A stretch of 64,000 bases of DNA from Mobula hypostoma. Its lineage: Eukaryota. The notes under the pieces are model-generated. The model did not search any database. It worked only from the letters and a program-made list of their open reading frames with translations, and was not told the DNA's origin. How positions within the stretch are numbered: the first letter of the stretch is position 1; each line of letters begins with the position of its first letter. This document shows positions 39,401 through 51,400 of this stretch, in pieces. The position numbers and the translations under genes were made by a program. Location of the stretch: assembly GCF_963921235.1 (NCBI RefSeq), contig NC_086097.1:102612001-102676000 (forward strand). The letters are read 5' to 3'.

Positions 39401-42400
39401 AGGCTATCTACAAGAAGGATCAGAGGCGTCTCTATTTCCTGAGGAGACTGAGGTCCTTTAACATCTGTCGGATGATGCTGAGGATGTTCTACGAGTCTGT
39501 GGTGGCCAGTGCTATCATGTTTGCTGTTGTGTGCTGGGGCAGCAGGCCTGAGGATGGCAGACACCAACAGAATCAACAAACTCATTCGTAAGGCCACTGA
39601 TGTTGTGGAGATGGAACTGAACTTTCTGACGGTGGTGTCTGAAAAGAAGATGCTGTCCAAGTTGCATGCCATCTTGGACAATGTCTCCCATCCACTACAT
39701 AATGTACTGGTTGGGCACAGGAGTACATTCAGCCAGAGACTCATTCCACCCAGGTGCAACACAGAGCGTCATAGGAAGTCATTCCTGCCTGTGGCCATCA
39801 AACTTTACAACTCCTCCCTTGGAGGGTCAGACACCCTGAGCCAATAGGCTGGTTTATTTCCTGAACTTATTTCCTGGCATAATTTACATATTACTATTTA
39901 ATTATTTATGGTTTTATTACTATTTAATTACTTATGGTGCAACTGTAATGAAAACCAATTTCCCCCGGGATCAATAAAGTATGACTATGACTATACACAA
40001 ATATAATCGACATTTGTATTCAATTCCATTAACAATTAACATTCTGTTAGCTTTCCTTATCAGTTCCAGTATTTATGTTAGGCATCGTCTTCAATTCACA
40101 TTTAGCTTGGTCAACTAGATTGTTCTACCTGTCAGTTCTCCAATCTTTCAGCACAAATGCTCTTGTTTTATTTTTCATGTCAACATGGGCAATGTCATGA
40201 ATTTCTTCATAGTTCTCCTTTTATGCAATCTTTTCCAACTAGTTTAACTGTCTGTATAACTTTGCAGCTTCCCTGTACCATCTTCACAATTTGTAGGACA
40301 GTAAGTGATGTTCAACCATACTAACCAAGTATATCATTATTCATCACGTCCAGTGATTTTTTTGAACTTGACCTTGTTCTGTTTTGAAACCCATTTGTAA
40401 GCCAGGTGCTTCCCAGCAATATGTTGTGAACACAAGGAAGTCAGGTTTATTGCTGAATATATTCCACTTCTGTAGGTGAAAAAGACATGAACCTGGCTTT
40501 CTTAAAGCTCCCTTCTTCCCTTATTTTAATCATTCATGAGATATCAGTGTTAACATCAAACTCAGCATTTATTGCTCATCAATTGTTGTCCAGTCTGTAG
40601 TGGCAGTGTTATTCCTCAGTGCTGTTAGGTAGGAGTTCCCAGAAATTTGACCCACCAACAATAAAAGTGAAACTAATGAATCACCTGCATTTCTCTAGCC
40701 TTAGAATTAAGATATAGGAGCAGAAGTAGGCCATTGGGCCCTTTGAGTCTACTCTGCCATTCAATCATGGGCTGATCCAATTCTTCCAGTCATCCCCACT
40801 CCCCTGCCTTCACCCCATACCCTTTGATGCTCTGGCTAATCAAGAACCTATCTATCTCTGCCTTAAATGCACCCAATGACTTGGCCTCCACAGCTGCTCA
40901 TGGCAACAAATTCCGCAGGTTTGCCACCTTCTGACTAAAGTAATTTCTTTGCATCTCTGTTCTAAATGGACGTCCGTCAATCCTGAAGCCATACCTTTTT
41001 GTCCTAGAATCCCCTACCATGGGAAATAACTTGGCCATATCTAGCCTTTTAACATTCGGAATGTTTCTATGAGATCCCCTCCCTTATTCTCCTGAACTCC
41101 AGGGAATACAACCTAAGAGCTGGCAGACATTCCTCATACGGTAACCCTTTCATTCCTGGAATTATTCTTGTGAATCTTCTCTGAACCCTCTCCAATGTCA
41201 GTATATCCTTTCTAAAATAAGGAGCCCAAAACTGCACACAATACTCCAACTGTGGTTTCATGATTGCCTTATAGAGCCTCAATTTCACATCCCTGCTCTT
41301 ATATTCTATACTTCTAGAAATGAATGCCAACATTGCATTCATCTTCTTCACAACCAATTCAACCTGGAGGTTAACCTTTAGGGTATCTTGCACAAGGACT
41401 CCCAAGTCCCTTTGCATCTTTGCATTTTGGATTCTCTCCCCATCTAAATAATAGTCTGCTCATTTATTTCTTCCACCAAAGTGCATGACCATACACTTTC
41501 CAACTTTGTATTTCATTTGCCGCTTCTTTGCCCATTCCCTTAAACTATCTAAGTCTCTCTGCAGGCTCACTGTTTCCTCAACACTACCTGCTCCTCCACC
41601 TATCTTTCTATCATGGGTAAATTTAGCCACAAATCCTTTAATACCGTAGTCCAAATCATTGATATAATTGTAAAAAGCAGCAGTCCCATCACCGACCCCT
41701 GTGGAACTCCACTGGTAACCAGTAGCCAGCCTGAATAGGATCCCTTTATTCCCACTCTCTGTTTTCTGCTGACCAGTCAGTGTCCTGACGAAGGGTCTCA
41801 GCCTGAAACGTTGGCTGTACCTCTTCCTAGAGATGCTGCCTGACCTGCTGCATTCACCAGCAACTTTGATGTGAGTGCTCCAATTAATCCAGTTTTGAAC
41901 TCCAGTGGTAATCTTGCCCTTTTGACCATCAGATGTCAAAAAGTAGTAGAATTCACACTACAGTTTGAGAAGGAGAAGCTAAAGTCGAATGTGTCAGTAC
42001 TAAATGGAGTAAAGGAAATTACTGAGGCATGAGAGAAAAGCTGTCCAATGTTGATTGGAAGGGGACGTGAGCAGGGATGACAACAGCACAGCAATGGCTG
42101 GAGTTTCTCGAGCAATTTGGAAGGCACGGGCAAAATACTTCCAAAAGATGAAGGAGAATTCTAAAGGGGAATGAGACTAAGAAGGGAAGACTTATGTTTT
42201 CATAAAAGCAAAAGAGAGGGTATATAATGTCTCAAAAATTAGTTGGAAAGTAAAGGATTGGGAAACTTATGAAACCAACAGAAGACAACTAAAAAGCCAA
42301 AAGAGAGAAAAGATGAGGGTAAGCTGGCCAATAATATAAAAGAGGATACAAGAAGTTTTTCAGATATATGAAGAGTGACCAGTAAGTGTTGACGGCTGGA

Positions 42401-45400
42401 AAATTACACTGGAGATGTAATAATGGGAGACAGAGAAATTGTGAATGAACGCAAGTATTTTGCATCAGTCTTCACTGTGGAAGACACCAGCAGAATGCTG
42501 GAAATGTGAGAGTGACGGGCAGAAGTGAGTGTTTTTGCTATTACTAAGGAGAAGTGCTTCGGAAACTGAAAAATATGAGGGTAGATCAGACACCTGTATC
42601 TGATGGAACTACAACCCAGGCTTCTGAAAGAGTAAGCTGAAGATTTTTTGGAGGCATGATTAATGATCTTTAAAGACTCTGGATAGTTCCAGAGGACTGA
42701 AAAATTGCAACTGTCTCTACTCTTTAAGAAGGGCAGAAGGCAGAACAGAAATTATGGGAAAGTTAGCTGATTGGAAAGATGTGGAGTCTATTATTAAGGT
42801 TGCAGTTTTGGGGTACTTGTAACAAGCAAGATAGACAAAGGAGAGAGTGGAAGTTTATTTGGATTTTCAGAAGGCCTTTGATCAAACATAGAAACGTAGA
42901 AAACCTACAGCATAACACAGGCCCTTTGGCCCACAAAGCTATGCCAGGCATGTCCTTACCTCAGAAGTTACCTAGGGTTACCCATAGCCCTCAATTTTTC
43001 TGAACTCCATGTACCAGTCCAGGAGTCTCTTAAATGACTCTATCATGTCTGCCTCCAACACTATTGCTGGAGCCTATTCCACGCACTCACCACTCTCTGC
43101 ATTTAAAAAAAAAACTTACCCCTGACATCTCCTCTGCACCTACTTCCAAGCACCTTAAAACTGTGCCCTCTCATGTTAGCCATTTCAGCCCTGGGGGAGA
43201 AAGCCTCTGACTATCCACACAATCAATGCCTCTCATCATCTTATACACCTAAGATAAGATGCTGCACATGAGGTTGCTTAACAGGGAAGATACTAGTGTG
43301 AATAGAAGATCCATGGGTACTAGAATGGCAGTGATCATAATAGTCGGTGTTGGGACCACTTCTTTTTAGGATCCTTTTCCGGTTGACTGCCAGTGTCTGG
43401 TGGTGTTCTGCGGGAGTCAGTGTTGGGACTACTTCTTTTTATGCTGTATATAAATGATTTAGATGATGGAATAGATGGCTTTGTTGCCAAGTTTGCAGAT
43501 GATACAAAGATTGGTGGAGGGGCAGGTAGTGTTGAGGAAACAGGCTGAGAAGGACTTTGAAGATTAGGAGAATGGGCAAGAAAGTGGCCAGTGAAATATA
43601 ATGCTGGAAAAATGCATGGTCGTGCACTTTGGTAGTATAAAATAAAGATGCAGACTATATTCTAAATGGGAAGAAAATCCAAACATTTGAGATGCAAAGG
43701 GACTTGGAACTCGTGGTGCAGAACACCCTAAAATTTAACTTGCAGGTAGAGTTGGTGGTGAGGAAGACAAATGCAATGTTAGTATTCATTTCGAGAGGCC
43801 TAGAATACAAGAGCAAGGATGTGATGCTGAGGCTTTATAAGGCACTGATGAGGCCTTTCCTTGAGTACTGTGAACAGTTTTGGGCTCCTCATCTCAGAAG
43901 AGATGTGTTAGCATTGGAGAGGGCTCAGAGGAGATTCACAAGTGTGGTTCTGGGAATGAAAGGATTATCATATGAGGAATGTTTGATGGGTCTGTACTTG
44001 CTGGAATTTAGAAGGATGAGGGAAAATCTCATTGAAACCTTTTGAACATTGCAAAGTCTAGACAGAGTAGATGTGGAAAGAATGTTTACCATGGTGGGGG
44101 AGTCTAGGGCAAGAGCGCACAGCCTCGGGATAGAGGGGTGCCCATTTTAAACAAAATGTGGAGAAATTTCTTTAGCCAGAGGGTGGCTAATTTGTGAAAT
44201 TTGTTACCAGAGGCAGCTATGGAGGCCAGGTTGTTGTTTGTATTTAAGGCAGAGATTGATAGGTTCTTGATTGGATACAGGGAGAAGGCTAGGGAGAAGG
44301 CTGTGGAGTGGGGCTAAGAAAAGGAAAAAAGATCAACCATGATTGATTGGTGGTGCAGACTTGATGGGCCATATGGCCCAATTTCTACTCCTATGTCTTG
44401 TGGTCTAAGATTGGCTGCCTGGCAGGAGGCAAAAAACAGGAATAAAGTATACCTCTTCTGGTTGACTGTCAGTTACTAGTTGTGTTCCACAGGGGTGAGT
44501 GTTCAGACTGCTTCTTTTCACGTTATGTGTCAAATGATTTGGGTGAAGGAATTGATGACTTTTTAGCCAAGTTTGCGGACAATACAAAGATAGGTGGAGG
44601 GGCAGGTAATGTTGAGGAAGCAGAGTGTCTGCAGAAGGACTTAAACAGATTGGGAGAATGGGCAAAAAAATGCCAGAAGGAATGTAGTGTAGGGAAGCGC
44701 ATGGTCGTACACTTTAGTAGAAGGAATAAAGTGTGGATTATTTTCTAAGTGGGGAGAAAATCAGAGGTGCAAAGGGACTTAGGAGTCCTTCTGCAAGACT
44801 CCCTGAAGGTTAGCTTGCAGTTGAGTCGGTGGCAAGGAAGTTAGTGTTCATTTTGAGAGAACTGGAATACAAAAGAAAGGATGTAATGCTGAGGCTTTTT
44901 AAGATATTGGTCAGACTGTACTTGGAGTATTGTGAGCAGTTTTGGGCCCCTTGTATAAGAAAAGATGTGCTGGCATTGGAGAAGTAGAGGAGGTTCACAA
45001 GAATAATTCTGGGAATGAAAGATTAACATGAGCATTTGATGGCTCTGAGCCTGTACTTGTTGGAGTTTAGAAGAATGAAGAATATTGAATATTGAAATGC
45101 CTCGTTAGAGTGGATATGGCAAGGATATTTCTTATAGTGGGGGAGTCTAGCACCAGAGTGCACAGACTCAGATAGACATCCATTTAGAACCAAGATGAGG
45201 GAAAATTTATTTAAGCAGAGGGCAGTGAATCTGTGGAAGTCATTGCCACAGACAACTTTGAGGGCCAAATTATTTGGGATACGTAATGCAGAGGTTTGGT
45301 ATTTAATGCAGTTTCTTGATAAATTGGGATGTCAAAGGTTACGGGGAGAAGGCAGAATGGGGTTGAGAGGGATAATAAGTCAGTCCTGTTGGAATGGCAT

Positions 45401-48400
45401 GGCAGACTCAATGGGCCAAGTGGCCTAATTCTGCTCCTATGTATGGTCTTAGTTAGATTCTTTTGTTGGAGGTGGTTGTTACCTGGTATTAGTATGGCCG
45501 TGGATGTCACTTGCTGTTATCGCCCCCAGCATGAATGTGTTGCACCATGCTACATTAGAAAGCATGAATGGAGTTGAATATTGCAATCATCAGAGAACAT
45601 TTCACTCCAGAACTGCTGAGGATGATTGGACCTTTAAGGCATTGCCCTGGGAACTTTTCCACTGGCATTCTGGGGCTGGGATGATTCACCTCCTGCAACT
45701 ACAACTGTCTTCCTTTGTGCACAGTATCAAGTAGAGTAGATAAAGAAGAAACAGGTAGCTGTAACTTGCAGTTCTGTCAGTATCTGATTGACTCAGCGAC
45801 ATGCTCAGCTTAATGGAAGAAGTTGGTTTAAATGTAAAGTTGTTTTACTTTTGTATTTAATCTCAATTTTTGCATGAGAGTCATTTAATATATTAAAACA
45901 ATGAAACAGCTTAACTTAAAATTGTCCAATCTGTTAATGAGTTTTTAATTGCCTTTTATATATTGCAGGATGTAATCCAGCAGACTAATATTTTAATAGA
46001 CGAATTACTCCACCTCATTATTATGGTTGTTGGTAAGACTTCATTTTATTAATTAAAGGCTGAATGTAATGTACAAATGAGTCCAATTAGAGTTCCAGCT
46101 GAATCCAATTCAGTGAAAAACCAGATGATACACAAAGCATTTGTCGCGTAAATTCAAACTAATAGATGATGGCTCATGCTAATGCTTCAGATTAACAACT
46201 TGTTTAAATATATCTGATAGGAAAAACAATAGCAGACTATAAACCAGCATTAGAGTATAAGAAATTGAGCAGGACTTAGTATAGTCAACAGCCCTCTTAT
46301 GCTGATGGTGTAGAACATTAAATAGAGTATACTAAATGGTCCCTCTCTTGAGCCTAGATCTGATCAGTGACATCAACGCCACTTTCAATAACCTGCTTTC
46401 AATAACCTTTACTTACATTAAAAATTGCTAGCATTGGATATATAAGCTTGTTCACCACCATACTCTAAGCTACATATTTCCAGATTGTCCATCCTCAGAA
46501 AGTGGTCATTCTAACTCATCAGTTTAAATGAATAAACCTAATTATGCCATTCTGTTCTTGCATCCATCATGAGTGAAAGATCCTCTCCGGTCTTGACTGT
46601 TAGTGCCCTCAAGAATCTTAAAGTTTCGTTAAGAAGCTGTTAATTCTTCTAACACAAATACAGTCCCACCCCCTCAATTAATTTAATTAACCTTGGCACT
46701 GCTTCAGACGTTCCGGAGTTTGGAGTTCAATTCCGGTGCAATTCTATAACGAGTCCTTGCCTTTGAATGCGTGGGTTTTCCCTGGGTGCTCTGGTTTCCT
46801 CCCATAGTCCAAAGGCTTAGCGATTAATTAGTCATGGTAAATTGTCCCATGATTAAGTTGGGGTTTCTCAGGGGGTTGTTGGGGCAGCGAAGGGCCTACT
46901 CCGTGCTGTATTGCTAAATTTACAAAGAACAAACTCCTGTGTTCGAATCCAGCCGGCTCCCTTGCACGCTTTCCATCTGTGCTGGGTTGAGTGTTGAGCT
47001 AGCAACTTGGCCTCGTAAGAATAAGAAAGCCTGCTTTAAAAACAACGCCATCATGACAGCGTCCCGATGACTCCACTCGGAGTTGAGGGCTTTCTTCTTC
47101 TTCTAAATAAATAAAAATCTGTTGTGAATTGTCTGTATTGCAGTTATTTCATCCTCAGTTAAAGGCACGAAAATTTAATTCTAGGGTTAGTCTTACCAAT
47201 GCTATGTAGGCCTGCAGGACTACCCTATTTTGTTTTTGTTAGAAACCTTTGAGTCAATATTTCTTTTGGCTTGTTTGTGGGTAACTAGGGAATAATGTTC
47301 TGATTTTGTTTCCTGAGTGAAGATGCTGAGATCCCTGTGTTCATCAGCATTCTACAATTTCTCTAAACAGGCTTCTGATCTTATATTCTTTCAAGACTCA
47401 CATTTCCCCAGATTATATTCAATCTGCAAGATTTTTTTAGCCTCTTATTTAATCAATCAGCATACACTTGAGAGGCAGATGACTCTTGGCCTGAAAACTA
47501 TTTGGTGTAGGCTCTAATGTGTTAGATGCAGAATTTATGTAACATTTTAATTGCAGTCCAAGTTTTCTATCCTGAGTCATAAACAATGAAAATGGGCCCT
47601 TTGTCCCAACTGGTCCATACTAACCAAGATCAACATCTAAGCTGGTCTCATTTGCCCTTATCCATCTGATCCTTTCCTGAATACCTTTTAAATGTTGTTA
47701 CTGTACCTGCCTCAACCACTTTCTCTGGCAGCTCATTCATGTACTAACCACTCTCTGGGTGAAAAAGTTGCTCTTCAGATTTCTATTAAAGCCTTTTTTT
47801 CTCCTTAAACCTTTGCACTTTAGTTCTTGCAACTCATGCTGGAGGAATTCAGCTGGCCAGGCAGCATCTATGGAAAAAAGTGCAGTTGATGTTTTGGACT
47901 GAGACACTTCATCAGGTCTGGAGGAAAAAGTTGAGGAGTCAGTGTAAGAAGGTGGAGTGATGGGAGGAAAAACACAAGGTGATAGGTGGAACAGGGAGGC
48001 TGGGGGGAGGGGTGAAGTAAAGAGCTGGGAAGTTGATTGGTGAAGGAGATACAGGACTGGAGAAAGGGGAATCTGATACGAGAGGACAGAAGGCCATAGA
48101 AGAAAGAAAAGAGGGAGGAGCACCAGAGGGAGGTAATGGGCAGGTCAAGGAGATAAGGTGAGAGAGGGAAAGGGGAATGGTGAAGGGTTGGGGGAGGGGG
48201 AATGACTGGAAATTTGAGAACTCAATGTTCACGCCATGAGTTTGCAGGCTACCCAGATGGAATATAAGGTGTTGCTCCTCCAACTCGGGTGTGGCCTCAT
48301 CGCAACAATGGAGGAGACCATGGACGAATGGACAAGGAAGTCACGTAGGAAGCGATTCTGTGGAAAGCAGAAAGTGGACGGGAGGGAAAAATGTGCTTGG

Positions 48401-51400
48401 TGGTGGGATCCCGTTGGAGGTGGCAGAAGTTATGGAGAATTATGTGCTGGACATGGAAGCTGGTGGGGTGGTCGGTGAGAGCAAGAGGAGCCCTATCTCT
48501 GGTGGGGTGCGGGAGGATGGGCTAAGGCAGATGTGTGCAAAATGGAAGAGATGCAGTTGAGGGCAGTATTGTTTGTGATTGGAATGGTTGGATTTCCAGC
48601 ATCTGCAGATTTTTCCTTGTTTTCAATTGGAAGTCTGCCATTTCTAACAGGGTCCCCTCACCAAGCACATCTTTCCTCCACCCCCCCCCCATTTTCTGCT
48701 TTCTGCAGGGATCGCGGTCTATGCGACTTCCTTGTCCATTCATCCCTCCCAGCTGCTGTCCTTCCTGCACAACCTTGCAAGCAAAACACATGCTATACCT
48801 GCCCCTACAGCTCCTCCTTCACTACGATTCAGGGCCCCAAGTGTTCCTTCCTGGTGAGGTGTTACTTCACCTGTGAGTCTAGCATCACTTATTGTATCTG
48901 GTGCTCCCAGTATGGCCTCCTGTATATTGCCAAGTGCCTACACTCTATCTGCCAGAAAAAGCGAGATCTCCCAGTGGCCATCCATTTTAATTCCACTTCC
49001 CATTCCCATTCCGACCTGTCCATCCATGGCCACCACTACTGTCGCGATGAGGCCGCACTCAGGTTGGAGGAGCAATGCCTTATATTTATCTAGGTAGCCT
49101 CTAACCTGATGGCATAAACATCAATTTCTTGAACTTCCGGTAATGCTGTCCCCGCGCCCCCCCCCCCCCACCTTCACCATTGCCTACTAATATTTCTCTC
49201 TCTCACCTTACCTGCCCATCTCCTCCCTCTGGTGCTCCTCCCTCTTTTCTTCCATGGTCTTCTGTCCTCTCCTATCAGATTCCCCCTTCAGCCTTGTATT
49301 TCCTTCACCAATCAACTTCCCAACTCTTTATTTCACCCCTCACCCCTCACCCCCACTCCTGTTTCACCTATCACCTTGTGGTTCTTCCTCTTCTGCCCCA
49401 CCCTTCTTACTCTGACTCCTCATCTTTTCTCCCCCAGTTCTGATGAAAGGTCTTGGCCCGAAACATCGGGTGTACTCTTTTTCATGATGCTGCCTGGCCA
49501 ACGTTTTGTGTGTCTTGCTTGGATTTCCAGCATCTGCAGATTTTCTTTTGTTTGTGATGACTCTAGTTCTTGATTCCACATCCCTGGGAAATTATTTGGA
49601 GGTGAGTGAGCGAAGCTCAAGGTTTGAAACGGGAGTGGGGCTTTTCGGAACTTTTGACAGACTTGAGGTATTGCGAACAGTTACTTGTTTGGAGGTGAGG
49701 GAGGTGAGCACAAGCTCTGAGCTCTTGGAACTTTTTGGTGGGCTTGAAATATTGTAGTTTATTAGGGATTTGGCAAAGTTCTATAAAAAGAAGTTGGGTT
49801 TAAGCGAAGTGATCATTGTGTGAGTGGCCAGTGTCAGAGTGGAGCCCCCAGGGCTTTGGCAAGAAGGGGTGGAGGCAAAGGTAAGTTTCTGGTAAGCTTC
49901 CTTTCTTTGCCTAGCTAAAGAAGTGAGAGACCTTCTGTCTGCTTGATAACTAAATATGCGTGAACTCATTACTCAGGGAACTGGAGCTGAAGTTGGATGA
50001 CCTTCAGCTCATATGTCCAAATAAGGAGGTGATAAATAAGAGCTACAGTGAGCTAGTCACCTCTAACTTGCAGGAGGCAGGTAGCTGGGTGACTGTAAGG
50101 AGAGGGAGAGGGAAAGGGAATAGGCAGATGGTGCAGAGTACCCTTATGGCTGTTCCCTTCAATAACAGATATACCACTTTGGGTACTGTTTGGTGGGGGT
50201 GGGTGGTTAACCTACCGAGGAAAGCCGCAGTGACCAGGTAACTGGAACTGAGCCTGGTTCAGAAGGGAACGGGGGAGAAGAGGAGTGTAGTGGTGATGGG
50301 ACATTTAGTCGTTCGGGGAGCAGACAGGAAGTTCTGTAGACCTGAATGAGACTCTCGGATGGTATGTTGCCTCCCAGATGCTAGGGTCAGGGATGATTGG
50401 GTCCACAGCATTCTAAAGGGAGAGGGTAAGCAGCCAGAGGTTGTGATATAAAGACATGGACAGGAAATGGAATAAGGATCTGAAAAGAGAATATTGGGAG
50501 CTAGGTAGGAAGCTGAAAAGCAGAACTCAATGGTAGTAATCTCAGGATTGCGGCCTGTGCCATGTGCCAGTGAAGGTTAGAACAAGATGATTTGGTAGAT
50601 GAATATGTGACTGAGGAATTTGTGCAGGGGCATGGTTTTGGATTTGTGGATCATTGGGATCTCTTCTGGGGAAGTATGACGTGTATAAAGGATGGGTTAC
50701 TCCTGAACTCGAGGGGGAGTAATACAGTTGACCTTCACTAATCCGACTACCTGTAATCCGGTTCCTTCGATAATCCAGCACTGATTATGCTTAATGTGAT
50801 CCTTCTGTAATTTGGCCTTTTCACTAATCCAGCACTCCTCAGGTCTCAGTGGTGCCAGATTAGTGAAGGTCAACCTGTATCTTTGTGGGCAGGTTTGCCA
50901 GAGCTGTTGGGAAAGATTTAAACTAGTTTGGCAGGGGGGATGGGAATCAGTGACAGGGCAGAGGATGGGGCATTTGGTGTACAGCTACTTGTAGTTGTAG
51001 CTTGTGAGTAATGGCAGGCAGTTAATGGAGTAAAATTCCAGTCAGTGGTAAGGGTTGAAATTTTGTCTATTTTTGTGCAAGAAGTATCAGGAACAAGTGT
51101 GATCAACTTGCAGCATAGTTCAGTGCATGGGTCTGTGGCCATTACAGAGACTTGCCTGTCACAAGGGCAGAAATGGCTGCTGGATGTTCTGGGTTTTAGT
51201 TGTTGCAAAAGGGACAGGGAAGGAAATAAGAGGTGGGAGAATGGCACAGCTAATCAGGGATGGTAACACAGCTGCACAAAGGGAGGACATCCTGGAGGTA
51301 ATGAAGGGGTTTTCTATTGAATCATTGTGGATGGAAGTCAGAAACAGGAAGGAAGCATTCACTCTATTGGGAGTATTCTGTAAACCCGCCCCCCCCCCCC

